This document shows, piece after piece, positions 35,224 to 44,360 of a stretch of DNA of 64,000 nt. The translations under genes were made by a program, and so were the position numbers. Position 1 is the first letter of the stretch, and each line of letters opens with the position of its first letter. The notes under the pieces were generated by a model. The model was given only the letters and a program-made list of their open reading frames with translations. It was not told where the DNA came from and ran no database searches. The stretch comes from an uncultured Collinsella sp. (lineage in GTDB: Bacteria > Actinomycetota > Coriobacteriia > Coriobacteriales > Coriobacteriaceae). The stretch is from assembly GCA_959602645.1 (NCBI GenBank), contig CAUGTZ010000008.1, positions 3,149-67,148 of the forward strand. The letters are read 5' to 3'.

Positions 35224-36309
35224 TTAGGCCAGGTGCGCGATAACGGCATCGGCAAAGGCCTGCGTGCCCACGGCACCCTCAACGGAGCCAGTCTGGGCAC
35301 GGCGTACGTCACCGGTAACCTGCTCGCCCTCGTCGAGCGTGGCAGAGACGGCGGTGCGAATACGATTGGCGGCGTCGTTCTCGCCCAGGTGGTCAAGCAT
35401 CATCGCAGCAGAGAGAATCTCGGCCGTGGGGTTGGCGATATCCTGGCCAGCGATATCGGGCGCGGAGCCGTGCGTCGCCTCGAAAATGGCGCAGTCGGCA
35501 CCGATGTTGGAGCCGGGGGCCATACCTAAGCCGCCCACCAGGCCGGCGCACAGGTCGCTGACGATGTCGCCGTACAGGTTGGGCAGCACCAGGACATCGA
35601 AGTCGTTGGGGTTCTGGACCAGGCCCATGCAGGTGGCGTCGACGATCTTGTCGTTGAACTCGATGTCGGGATAGCCGGCGGCCACCTCGCGCGCCACGCG
35701 CAGGAACAGGCCGTCGGTCGCCTTCATGATGTTGGCCGTGTGCACGGCCGTCACCTTCTTGCGGCCGCAGCGGCGGGCATACTCAAAGGCATACTCCACG
35801 ATACGGCGGCTCTTGGCGATAGAGATGGGCTTGATCGAGATGGCGGAATCAGCGGCGAAGGTCTTTTGGCCCGAGCGCTCGACGAGCTGCGAGAGTTCCT
35901 CGACCTCGGCAGCGCCCTCATCGAACTCGATACCGGCGTAGAGGTCCTCGGTGTTCTCGCGCACGATGACCAGGTCGACGTCGCGGAAGCGCGAGCCGTC
36001 GCCCGGCTGCGACAGGCAAGGGCGCACGCAGGCGTACAGGTCGAAATGTTTACGCAGGGCCACGTTGACGCTGCGAAAACCCGTGCCGACCGGCGTGGTG
36101 ATGGGACCCTTGATGGCAACCTTGGTCTGGGCGACCGCATCGAGCACGTGCTGGGGCAGCGGCGTGCCAAACTCGTCCATGACGCCGGCGCCGGCCTCCT
36201 GGACGTTCCAATTGATCTGGACACCGGTAGCCTCGACCACGCGGCGCATGGCCTGCGTAATCTCGGGACCGATACCGTCACCGGGAATCAGGACTACATC
36301 GTGCGCCAT
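35224..36309 (-). CDS. icd: isocitrate/isopropylmalate dehydrogenase family, NAD-IDH-like
   Basis: 361-aa [56 protein letters not shown]. Confidence 0.85.
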   Translation of the reverse strand: MAHDVVLIPGDGIGPEITQAMRRVVEATGVQINWNVQEAGAGVMDEFGTPLPQHVLDAVAQTKVAIKGPITTPVGTGFRSVNVALRKHFDLYACVRPCLSQPGDGSRFRDVDLVIVRENTEDLYAGIEFDEGAAEVEELSQLVERSGQKTFAADSAISIKPISIAKSRRIVEYAFEYARRCGRKKVTAVHTANIMKATDGLFLRVAREVAAGYPDIEFNDKIVDATCMGLVQNPNDFDVLVLPNLYGDIVSDLCAGLVGGLGMAPGSNIGADCAIFEATHGSAPDIAGQDIANPTAEILSAAMMLDHLGENDAANRIRTAVSATLDEGEQVTGDVRRAQTGSVEGAVGTQAFADAVIAHLA

Positions 36310-36315
36310 AATCTG

Positions 36316-37014
36316 TTACTCCTCGTCTTCGGCGTCGTCAGATTTTTTAACGCTAGCACGCTTCTTCTTTTTGGAGAGATCCAAGTCAAAGCGTTTAACA
36401 AGCATTTCGCAAATCTCGCTCGAACGGGCTTTGAGATAGCTGCCCTTACCGTTCTCGGCATCGAACTTAAGGCGCAGCGCAAGCTTCTCGGCAACCTCGG
36501 CGTCGATCTCGCCCTGGCAAAACTCGTACAGGCAACCGAGCATGTCGCGATACTCAAGGTCGCCGTGGTAGCACTGGATGGCCTCGTCCAGGATGGGCCA
36601 AGCCTCGCGCGAACGCTCGACGCCCGTGGCGCCCCACACGCACAGCAGGCGGAAGGCGGCATAGCGCAGCGTGGAGGAAATCTCGTCGAACAGTGCGGTC
36701 TCGGCGCCCTCAAAAGCATCGCCCAGCTGCACGGGGCAGGTGGTAGCGAGCGCCGTCAGGGCATCGAGGGCCTCCCAGCGGGTCTGAGCCTCGGGGCGGT
36801 CGAGTGCCTCGATCAGCGCGGGCACGCACGGCACGACGCGCTGCGGGTCGCGCTCAGCCAGCAGATGCAGCACGCGGGCGGCAAACTGGCGGATGCGGCG
36901 TGTGGGGCAGCCGAGCTCCTTGACCAGACGGTCGACGGCGTTCTCGTTCTCCTCTGCCAGCTGAAGCTGTGCCAGCTCCTCGTCGGTGAGCTGTTCGTCT
37001 TTGTTTTCTGCCAT
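36316..37014 (-). CDS. hypothetical HEAT/armadillo-like helical repeat protein
   Basis: 232-aa all-helical ORF with a Lys-rich C-terminus; no family recognised with certainty. Confidence 0.5.
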   Translation of the reverse strand: MAENKDEQLTDEELAQLQLAEENENAVDRLVKELGCPTRRIRQFAARVLHLLAERDPQRVVPCVPALIEALDRPEAQTRWEALDALTALATTCPVQLGDAFEGAETALFDEISSTLRYAAFRLLCVWGATGVERSREAWPILDEAIQCYHGDLEYRDMLGCLYEFCQGEIDAEVAEKLALRLKFDAENGKGSYLKARSSEICEMLVKRFDLDLSKKKKRASVKKSDDAEDEE

Positions 37015-37026
37015 AGTTACCTCTTC

Positions 37027-37455
37027 TTATTTCTTAGCGTGCTTGCCAGCACCCTTGCTGTCATCGGTGACCGAGATGAGCTGTCGGTCGGCTGCGCCAT
37101 TGCGACGCGCACGGCGGCGTTCCTCGGCGTCGCCCGCATCGGCGGCGGCGCGATGGGCCTTGTTGACGTTAAAGACCTCGTCGTGCTTGCGCCACGGGCC
37201 AACGGACTCGCCAAAGCTCATCTTAAGACCGGCGATAAAACCGCCGAGCCAGCCGATCGGCGCAAACTGCACCAGCGGGAACAGCGAGAACACCCAGGTC
37301 AGCAGGACGACTGCCGCCGCACCCGCAAAGTTGGCGATCCAGTAGTCGCGCTTGGTGATGACGCGCTTTTCGCAGGCCCACTGGCCGCACAAAAAGCCAA
37401 TGTAGATCGCAAAGAGAAAGAGCACCAGCGCAAGCACCACGAACGTCCAGCTCAT
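37027..37455 (-). CDS. hypothetical small membrane protein
   Basis: 142 aa from ATG 37455, whose GAGGAG RBS lies in the end of the upstream gene; hydrophobic spans plus a basic tail. Confidence 0.5.
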   Translation of the reverse strand: MSWTFVVLALVLFLFAIYIGFLCGQWACEKRVITKRDYWIANFAGAAAVVLLTWVFSLFPLVQFAPIGWLGGFIAGLKMSFGESVGPWRKHDEVFNVNKAHRAAADAGDAEERRRARRNGAADRQLISVTDDSKGAGKHAKK

Positions 37456-37460
37456 GAGCG

Positions 37461-38540
37461 CTACTCCTCGTGATGGTGGCCGCAGCAGCACTCGTGGCCG
37501 TCATCGTGGCCGTGACCGCCACAGCACTCGTGGTCCTCGCCGTGATGGTGGCCGCAACCGCACTCATGCTCGTCGCCGTGCTCGCCGCAACCGCAGCCTT
37601 CCTCGTGAGCGCCATGCTCCTCGGGACGATACTGCGACCAGTCCAGACCGGCGGCGATGGCGTCGGCCTCCTCCTTATAGAGGACCGTGACGGCCTGGGT
37701 GCCCAGCTTGGCGCCACCGATGGCATCGAGCATGTCGTAAAGCGTAAAGGCCACGTCGGCGCCGGGCAGCGCAAGCTCGCGGTCGTCGGCATAGGCGAGC
37801 GCCAAGCGCAGGTCCTTGATGAAGTGCTCGACCATAAAGCCGGGCTTGTAGTCGCCGTCGAGCGCCTTGGGCGCCAGGCTCTCCATGGCGCCGGACTTAC
37901 CGGTGCCGCCCAGAATCATCTGACGGGTCTTCTCAAGATCAAGGCCGCTCAGCTCGGCAAACGCCAGCGCGTCTGCCATGCCGACCATGCAGGCGCCCAG
38001 CGACACCTGGTTGGCGAGCTTGGCAGCCTGGCCCTTGCCGGCGCCATCAAAGCAGCAGATGGTTGCCGCAAAGGTGGAAAGGATGTCGCGGACCGGCGCG
38101 ATGTCGTTCTCGGTGGCGCCCACGATAGCCGTGAGCGTGCCGGCGATGGCACCCGACTCGCCGCCGGTGACGGGGCAGTCAAACGCCATGCGGCCGGAGA
38201 CCTGGGCGGCCTCGGCAATGTCGCGCGCCAGCTCGGGCGAGCTCGTGGTGAGGTCGATCAGGACCGCACCGGGCTTAGTGCACGCGAGCAGACCGTCGCC
38301 CGCCAGGTAGAGCTCCTCGACCTCGGAGGGATAACCCACCATGGTAAAGACGACGTCGGCATTCGCCGCGGCATCTGCCGGCGTATCGGCCCAGACGGCG
38401 CCGCGCTCGATAAGCGCCGCGGCCTTGGACTTGGTGCGGTTGTTGACCGTGACGGGATAGCCGGCGTCCAGGATGTGGCCGGCGATGGGGGCACCCATAA
38501 TTCCGGTGCCGATAAATGCGACGGAGAGCTTGTTTGCCAT
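37461..38540 (-). CDS. NAD(P)-dependent beta-hydroxyacid dehydrogenase (3-hydroxyisobutyrate dehydrogenase family) with a His/Cys-rich C-terminal tail
   Basis: 359-aa ORF; Rossmann motif VAFIGTGIMG, family core, then a 51-residue tail with 14 His and 9 Cys. Confidence 0.8.
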   Translation of the reverse strand: MANKLSVAFIGTGIMGAPIAGHILDAGYPVTVNNRTKSKAAALIERGAVWADTPADAAANADVVFTMVGYPSEVEELYLAGDGLLACTKPGAVLIDLTTSSPELARDIAEAAQVSGRMAFDCPVTGGESGAIAGTLTAIVGATENDIAPVRDILSTFAATICCFDGAGKGQAAKLANQVSLGACMVGMADALAFAELSGLDLEKTRQMILGGTGKSGAMESLAPKALDGDYKPGFMVEHFIKDLRLALAYADDRELALPGADVAFTLYDMLDAIGGAKLGTQAVTVLYKEEADAIAAGLDWSQYRPEEHGAHEEGCGCGEHGDEHECGCGHHHGEDHECCGGHGHDDGHECCCGHHHEE

Positions 38541-38638
38541 GAAACCTTTCCTTTTGGGTTGGGTGTTGTTACCAGGTTGAATACTCGGTGCCAGCGTTTG
38601 GGCTGTGAGTCGAGGGCGACTACGGCCGCAGTGCCTGC

Positions 38639-39595
38639 CTACTGGCCGCGCACGCGGCGAGCGATGCGGTCGGAAAGCGAGGCTTTCTCGGCGCGGTTCT
38701 TACCCCAAAACGCAAGTGCCACCATGCCGGGCCCCACGTGCGAGCCGATGGTAGGACCGACGGAACTACGGATAATCGTGACGTCGGCGCAGCCCTCCTC
38801 CTTGCGAACGGCGGCCTCGAGCCAGTCACCATCCTTCTCGGCATCGGCCGTCATGATGGCGATGGGCATGGTGCGATCGGGCACGTAGTTCTCGCGGAAC
38901 GACTTGAGGATGGACTTGAGCGCCTTCTTGCGGCCGCGGTTGACGCCGATCAGCGACAGCGAGCCGGCCAGGTCGTAGGAGAGCTCGGGCTTGACGTCGA
39001 GCTTTGCCGTAAGCTGTGCCGCCGCGGGCGGAATGCGGCCGCCGGCAGCCAGTGCGTCGAAGCTCTCGAGCGTAAAGTAGCCGTGCACGTAGGTCTTGGC
39101 CTCGTTTGCCCAATCGACCAGCTGCTTGGCGGTCAGTCCCGCCGAACGCTGGCGCACGGCCTCGAGTGCCAAGAGCGCGCCGGTCGCGCAGGGCAGAGCG
39201 TTGTCGACCACGTAGAGCTCAAAGTTGGGATACTCGGCACGCACGGCATCTGCCGCCTGGCACGCGGAGTTGTAGCTCGACGACAGTGCCGAGGTAAAGC
39301 ACAGGTAGACCGTGGGCGTGCCCTCTTTGGCGCACTCGGTAAAGAACTCGATATAGCGACCGAGCGACACAGCCGAGGTGGACACGCGGGCGCCGGCGCG
39401 CATGCGGTCGTAGAACTCCTTAGGGCTCATGCTCGACCAGATGTCGTCCGTGCGCTCCTCGCCATCGATAATGAAGGGGAAACCCAGGATATCGACATCA
39501 AGGTTCGCGGCGACCTCGGGACTAAAGTCGCAGCAGGTATCGACGACGATGCGGCAACGGTCCGAATGGCCGGTAGATGCAGCCTTGTCCATCAA
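38639..39595 (-). CDS. DegV-family fatty-acid-binding protein
   Basis: 318-aa ORF; IVVDTCCDFSPE, STSAVS, SSSYNSA pattern. Confidence 0.8.
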   Translation of the reverse strand: MMDKAASTGHSDRCRIVVDTCCDFSPEVAANLDVDILGFPFIIDGEERTDDIWSSMSPKEFYDRMRAGARVSTSAVSLGRYIEFFTECAKEGTPTVYLCFTSALSSSYNSACQAADAVRAEYPNFELYVVDNALPCATGALLALEAVRQRSAGLTAKQLVDWANEAKTYVHGYFTLESFDALAAGGRIPPAAAQLTAKLDVKPELSYDLAGSLSLIGVNRGRKKALKSILKSFRENYVPDRTMPIAIMTADAEKDGDWLEAAVRKEEGCADVTIIRSSVGPTIGSHVGPGMVALAFWGKNRAEKASLSDRIARRVRGQ

Positions 39596-39608
39596 AGCGA
39601 CTCCTTAC

Positions 39609-39643
39609 GTAAAAAGGCGGCCACCCGCATGGGATGGCCGCCA
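39609..39643 (-). terminator. intrinsic terminator of hpf
   Basis: GGCGGCCA/TGGCCGCC stem; the minus strand then reads TTTTTACG. Confidence 0.6.
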
Positions 39644-39671
39644 ACCGTTAACTCATGCAAGTTAACGTATT

Positions 39672-40256
39672 TTACTCGTCAAGTGTTTCGATGCGGGGCT
39701 TGATGATGCCATATCCACCATTCTTACGGTGATACACCACATTGATGAGGCCAGTCGTCGCGTTCTCGAACACGTAGAAGTCGTGGCCGAGCAGATCGGT
39801 CTGCACCAGCGCCTGCTCCTCAGTCATCGGAGTGACATCGATGACCTTCTCGCGGACGAGCAGGTCGTCCTCCTCCTCGGGCAGCAGCAGGTCGGCCAGA
39901 TCCTCGACGCGCTCGACCGGTGCGACATCCGCGGCGCTGGCACCACCCTGGCGGTTGTCCACGACCTTGGTCTTGAACTTGCGCAGCTGGCGGGTGACCT
40001 TATCGGCGGAGAGGTCGATGGCGGCGTACATATCTGCGCCGTGCTCGGCAACGCGAATCACAGAGCCGCGGGCACGAACCGTGACCTCGACGATTGCCGG
40101 GTTGGGGTTCGAGGGGTTCTTCTCATAACGAAGCACGACGTCGACTGTCATGGGCTCGATATCGAAAACCTTGAGCGCCTCGCCGATCTTCTCATCCACA
40201 TGCGCACGCAGAGCATCGGTTACCGTCGTCTTGCGTCCAGAAACCTTGATATCCAT
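39672..40256 (-). CDS. hpf: ribosome hibernation-promoting factor, long form
   Basis: 194 aa from ATG 40256; MDIKVSGRKTTVTDALRAHVDEK N-terminal domain and C-terminal dimerisation domain (HDFYVFENATTG...VVYHRKNGGYGII). Confidence 0.9.
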   Translation of the reverse strand: MDIKVSGRKTTVTDALRAHVDEKIGEALKVFDIEPMTVDVVLRYEKNPSNPNPAIVEVTVRARGSVIRVAEHGADMYAAIDLSADKVTRQLRKFKTKVVDNRQGGASAADVAPVERVEDLADLLLPEEEDDLLVREKVIDVTPMTEEQALVQTDLLGHDFYVFENATTGLINVVYHRKNGGYGIIKPRIETLDE

Positions 40257-40472
40257 ACGTGGCTCCAATCTGCCTCGGGGACTTACTGTACTGGCTATGT
40301 ACCCATTGCCGTGCATTTAATCACCCGAATTCCCAAAGACCCGAATAACGATTGCTTGATACCGCATACCGAAGTCTCGCACTTTTCTGTGGCAAAGTGC
40401 GCTATAGAAGGGAGCCGACGGCTTTGTATTTGGTCCCGAAAATTGGCTTTGACCTGCTGGTTTTATAGGGAT

Positions 40473-40508
40473 GAAAAAGCCGGGCTCCCCTATTGGGAAA
40501 GCCCGGCA
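40473..40508 (-). terminator. intrinsic terminator of the binding-protein gene
   Basis: GCCGGGCT/AGCCCGGC stem; the minus strand then reads TTTTTCATCCC. Confidence 0.55.
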
Positions 40509-40573
40509 GTGCGTGTTGAAACCGTGAAGAGGTGTCCTTTCCAACGTATAGGAGACACCACCCCTAGCAATAA

Positions 40574-41599
40574 CTAGCTATTGAGTTTGTTAATGTCGTC
40601 GTCGGTGATGGTGCCTTCCTGGCTGGACGATTTGTCCTCGGAGGATGCGGTCTCATTGTTGGAATCGGAGGACTCGCTGCCGGAGGACATGGTCTCACTG
40701 GACTCAGAATCGCTCGGCTGCACGTTAGCGCCCGAAACCGTCTTAGTGGTGAGGTCGTAGGGCATCGTGCCGTACCAGACGCAGTGGACCGCCTCGAGCG
40801 TGCCGTCGGCCGTAATACCGTCGAGGGCATCGCTCACGGCACGGCACAGTTCGTCATTGGACGAGAGGCCCGCAACACCAAGCGTCGAGGGCGCCTCGAG
40901 CGAACCGACATAGGAGACCTCACTCATCAGACGTGCAAGGTAGCCGCCGGCCGTGGAGTCGCAGATCACATAGTCGACCTCGCCGGACTCGAGCGCCTCA
41001 AAGCACTCGTTGATGTTGGAGTAGGTCTTTTGGTTGGCGGTGATGCTCTGCTTAGCAAGCGCCTCCTGCGAGGCAGAGGACATCTGAACGCCCAGGGTGG
41101 ACGTGTTAAGGGTATCGGTGGAAACGTTGAGCGACCCACCATCGCTAGTTTTACCGAACACGGAAGCGGCATCGTACAGGCAGGTGCCGAGCGAGCTAAC
41201 GTCCCCGTCCGTGGAGTTGATCTCGCCGATAAAGATATCGGCCTTTTTGTCGCCGAGCGCGGAACCTGCCGAGGACGCATCGACAAAGGCGACCTTAAGG
41301 CCCATGCGGCTTGCGAGGGCGCGGGCAGCGTCGACTGCATACCCCGTAAGCTCGCCGTCGGCGCCCTGCATGGCCTGCGGCGCATCGGAAGTATCGAGGG
41401 CGACCGTCAGGGTTCCGGGAGTGACCAGGGCATCGTCCGACACCGCCGGCGTGACGGTCTCGTACTCGATCTGGTCGATCGCGGGAGTCGTGAACGTAGA
41501 CAGCGGGTTGAACGCGCATCCGCTCAGGCACAAGACGGCGATGACCGCTGCGGTCCCAGCACCTAACCGAGCCGCGTGCATCAAGCTGCCCCTCACCAT
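40574..41599 (-). CDS. ABC-transporter substrate-binding lipoprotein (amino-acid type) with a Ser-rich acidic tail
   Basis: Lipobox VLCLSGC after MVRGSLMHAARLGAG; type-3 SBP-like body. The ORF is open to 42097 but the upstream part looks non-coding; alternative start at 41581. Confidence 0.7.
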   Translation of the reverse strand: MVRGSLMHAARLGAGTAAVIAVLCLSGCAFNPLSTFTTPAIDQIEYETVTPAVSDDALVTPGTLTVALDTSDAPQAMQGADGELTGYAVDAARALASRMGLKVAFVDASSAGSALGDKKADIFIGEINSTDGDVSSLGTCLYDAASVFGKTSDGGSLNVSTDTLNTSTLGVQMSSASQEALAKQSITANQKTYSNINECFEALESGEVDYVICDSTAGGYLARLMSEVSYVGSLEAPSTLGVAGLSSNDELCRAVSDALDGITADGTLEAVHCVWYGTMPYDLTTKTVSGANVQPSDSESSETMSSGSESSDSNNETASSEDKSSSQEGTITDDDINKLNS

Positions 41600-42081
41600 G
41601 TCCACTACCCTGCCTTCTGTGTCGTATACGATCCGTGCCCTGCACGGAATATCGGGTTGTTCCCACCAGCTGACCTGGTATTTGACCCCACACTTGCGCA
41701 CCGGGGCGTTTGCTCGGGAGGCCGCAGCCACCTTCACGACTGGCCCGCTCGCCCGCGAGGCGGTATTGCCCCAAAGAAAGTAGAACGGACGGTGCGGCTT
41801 ACATCTAGGACGCGCCATGATCGCGCCGCGCGCACGCGGTCGCTTACGTGGATCCCTTTGACCGCGTCTGTCTTGGACTAGGACGGGCATTTCGTCCGTC
41901 CGCAACCACAGCCTGGTAGGAACGAAGCGCATTATAGCTAAGTTCAAGCTAAAGTTTAAGGTTAGGGGCGTCATTCGCATCGCGAGTACAGATTTCGCAG
42001 GTCGGAGTGGGCTATTCGTGCCCCTATGAAGCCCGAAGCTCCCCTGTGGGGAGCTCCGGGACACCCTTCTTAGGGTGCCGT

Positions 42082-42296
42082 GGCCAAAAAATGGCAAATA
42101 TGAGTACTGTCACCAATTTAGTAACAGGCAGTTTTGGCCTCTCGGACAGATTTTGCGCTCAGTGTCGTCAACCTGATGCTTAGTTATTCTACATTTGTTT
42201 ATTATCTTCTTACTTTACGATGCCTCCGAGTCCTAAATTCCTTGATTTTGCTGTTACTGATTTAGTGACAGTACTCATATTTGCCATATTTTGGCC
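42082..42296. mobile_element. MITE-like element (about 215 bp) with about 47-bp terminal inverted repeats
   Basis: GGCCAAAAAATGGCAAATATGAGTACTGTCAC... at 42082 pairs with ...GTGACAGTACTCATATTTGCCATATTTTGGCC ending at 42296; AT-rich interior, no ORF. Confidence 0.65.
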
Positions 42297-42331
42297 ATGG
42301 CATATGATTAACCCCCTATTTTCGACGCGAA

Positions 42332-43441
42332 TTAGACCGGCTTAAGCCCAAAACACACCCGCAGCGTGTTAAGCAACGCCTCTTGCTTCTTTCTGCGGGC
42401 ATCGACACGATTCCGGTACCGCTTTCGCATACGCTGGTGGATGCGCCATGCGAGCGCTTCCATCGCTTCCATGTCGCAAAGCATTTCGTTATTGACCGTT
42501 GCGACCTCGATTCCCATAGTAATCAAGCCCGTGTTGCGTTTTTCATCATGGATACGTCCCCTCCGGGAGGAATGGCCCAGCTCACCGTTGTATTCCAGGT
42601 CAAACCGGGCTGCCTCCTGATATGCATCGCAAACTGCATGGGGCATCCCCGAGATTGTCTGCGCGCGATCATCAAACTCGATCTTGTAGTCGGTCTTAAA
42701 GGGACCGCAGGCAAATCCGCCATAGGGAAACGGAAGCGAAAACAGGGCGAGCATGATGCACTCCATGGGCGAGCGCAGGTTTTCTGACAAGTAGGGACAC
42801 AGACGCTGCAATTGTTTGGCCACATTCCCCTTGCATGCCGCAAGGTAATCTGCCAGGCGATTGGGTGTCAGCACCGGCTCGACTTCAAAGTAGCCCACGT
42901 CTGTCGGTTGGTCCTTGTCCTTTGCAAGTTTGTTCACAACGGGCGAGGTGTAGGGAGGCAGATACTTCCCGCGGTCGCTCAGTGAAATCTTGGAGCACAG
43001 TTCCTGGGCCAGGGCAAACGCTTGAATGCAGCCGATCTCGCGTGCAACGGCAACACAAAGGGCCTCGGGAGATAGACTGTACACCCCCGGTTCCACCTCT
43101 AGAATCGAGCCGGCAGGCAACTCGGAGCATACGGACCAACTCACGCCAAGAATGCGGCGGCGCTGTGCTGCAGACCCTACCAGCAAACACAAATCCTCTT
43201 GCACCTCGCCGCTTGCGGCCCCAATCCGCACCAAGTCGGGAAGATAGATGTCCTCGGTCGAGGGCGATGACGTGCGCAGCACACGGCGCTCCTCATCGGG
43301 ACCGAGGTCCCTCCAGCTTATGTAGCCCATCTGCCGGCGCTCGGCGCGAATCATGCGTAGCGCCGAGGCGCCTGTTAGGATTACGGAAGCCGCTAGCTGA
43401 TCGTCTGTCGGCTCGTTGCGCCGCTCAATCTTTACTGCCAC
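42332..43441 (-). CDS. hypothetical protein with a C-terminal DUF559/Vsr-like (PD-(D/E)xK) endonuclease-fold region
   Basis: C-terminal pattern RFDLEYNGELGHSSRRGRIHDEKRNTGLITMGIEV. Start uncertain: GTG 43441 lies just after the comF stop, and the ORF is open to 43807 only by overlapping comF. Confidence 0.5.
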   Translation of the reverse strand: MAVKIERRNEPTDDQLAASVILTGASALRMIRAERRQMGYISWRDLGPDEERRVLRTSSPSTEDIYLPDLVRIGAASGEVQEDLCLLVGSAAQRRRILGVSWSVCSELPAGSILEVEPGVYSLSPEALCVAVAREIGCIQAFALAQELCSKISLSDRGKYLPPYTSPVVNKLAKDKDQPTDVGYFEVEPVLTPNRLADYLAACKGNVAKQLQRLCPYLSENLRSPMECIMLALFSLPFPYGGFACGPFKTDYKIEFDDRAQTISGMPHAVCDAYQEAARFDLEYNGELGHSSRRGRIHDEKRNTGLITMGIEVATVNNEMLCDMEAMEALAWRIHQRMRKRYRNRVDARRKKQEALLNTLRVCFGLKPV

Positions 43442-43451
43442 AAAACCACCC

Positions 43452-44258
43452 CTACCAAACGCGTGCGATAGCGAGGCCATCGACTGCTGCAGCGCCGGCA
43501 CGCTTGAGTTCCGCCGAAGCCGCAGCCATCGTCGCGCCCGTGGTGATAACGTCATCGATAAGCAGTAGGCGGCGGCCGTGCACGTCCTCAACCGTCTCGT
43601 ACATGCCTTGGGCACGCTCGCGGCGCTCCTCACGACCGAGTTCGCGCTGGTCGCCATGACCGTACTTGACGAGGGCATCGAGCAGAGGGACACCCGACAG
43701 CTCGCAAAATGGGCGCGCAATGGCCTCCATATGATCGAAACCGCGCCGCCGAAACGCTGCCGCCGTCGCAGGCACAAACACCACCGCATCCGCACTGGAC
43801 AGCACACCTCCTAAGCGTTCGGGCGCTACGATCTGGGCATGCAGGGCGGTGTCGTAGAGCAGCTCCGCCAGATACGGAGCCAGACGTCGCTCGCCCGCGT
43901 CCTTGTAAGCTTTAATGATGCGCGGCAGCGGATGCGCATAGACGGCGCACGCCAAGCAGCGGTCGAGCGCCTCCGACATTGCCGAGGACGTGCCCTCGAC
44001 CGAACACTCAGTGCACAGCAAATCCCCAAACGGGGCGCCGCATCGGGTACAGCTATGACGTGGGTCGATGAGCGTGAGCGCGGCCAGACAGTCTTGGCAA
44101 ATAAGCGCACCGGCGCGCTCGCAGCCGGCACATCGTGTTGGCGACAATGCCTCGAGCGCCTCGTGTGCCGCCCGCTCGGCAAACGGTAGTAATTCGTCCG
44201 CAAACGGTAGGGCACCGGCACCCTGCAGACAGCTCAATATGTTCAGATGGCTCTTCAA
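43452..44258 (-). CDS. comFC: ComF-family protein (ComFC, phosphoribosyltransferase domain)
   Basis: 268-aa ORF; N-terminal Cys pairs (CAGCE...CQDC, CTRCG...CTEC) and PRTase motif LLLIDDVITTGATM. Confidence 0.85.
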   Translation of the reverse strand: MKSHLNILSCLQGAGALPFADELLPFAERAAHEALEALSPTRCAGCERAGALICQDCLAALTLIDPRHSCTRCGAPFGDLLCTECSVEGTSSAMSEALDRCLACAVYAHPLPRIIKAYKDAGERRLAPYLAELLYDTALHAQIVAPERLGGVLSSADAVVFVPATAAAFRRRGFDHMEAIARPFCELSGVPLLDALVKYGHGDQRELGREERRERAQGMYETVEDVHGRRLLLIDDVITTGATMAAASAELKRAGAAAVDGLAIARVW

Positions 44259-44261
44259 GAC

Positions 44262-44297
44262 ACAACCCTCCCTACGTTCGGTCGCAGGGAGGGTTGT
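44262..44297. other. 12-bp perfect hairpin between PSP1 and comFC
   Basis: ACAACCCTCCCT-N12-AGGGAGGGTTGT. Confidence 0.4.
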
Positions 44298-44360
44298 TGA
44301 TTCGGCGCTATGATACCCCGATGCGCTCGGGGCAAGGCGGGCTAAATCCGCTCGCGGGCG

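Noticed and set aside
41600-42081. tmRNA, RNase P RNA, SRP RNA, 6S RNA or a known riboswitch in the long leader
   Set aside because: By eye, none of the invariant motifs is present: GGTTCGATTCC-type T-arm plus ACCA end, GGAAAGTCCGGGC, the ACGGGGA/GACAGCT blocks of ydaO, the B12 box, or CTGAGA...ACCTGATCTGG. A covariance-model scan is needed for a firm negative.
41600-42097. N-terminal 166 codons of the 507-aa ORF 40574-42097
   Set aside because: A signal peptide with lipobox (VLCLSGC) starts only near 41599/41581. The upstream translation is low-complexity and crosses hairpin-rich DNA, so it is treated as non-coding leader.
43442-43807. N-terminal extension of ORF 42332-43807
   Set aside because: It overlaps the well-supported comFC gene on the same strand in another frame, and the product is Cys/Arg/Ser-rich nonsense.
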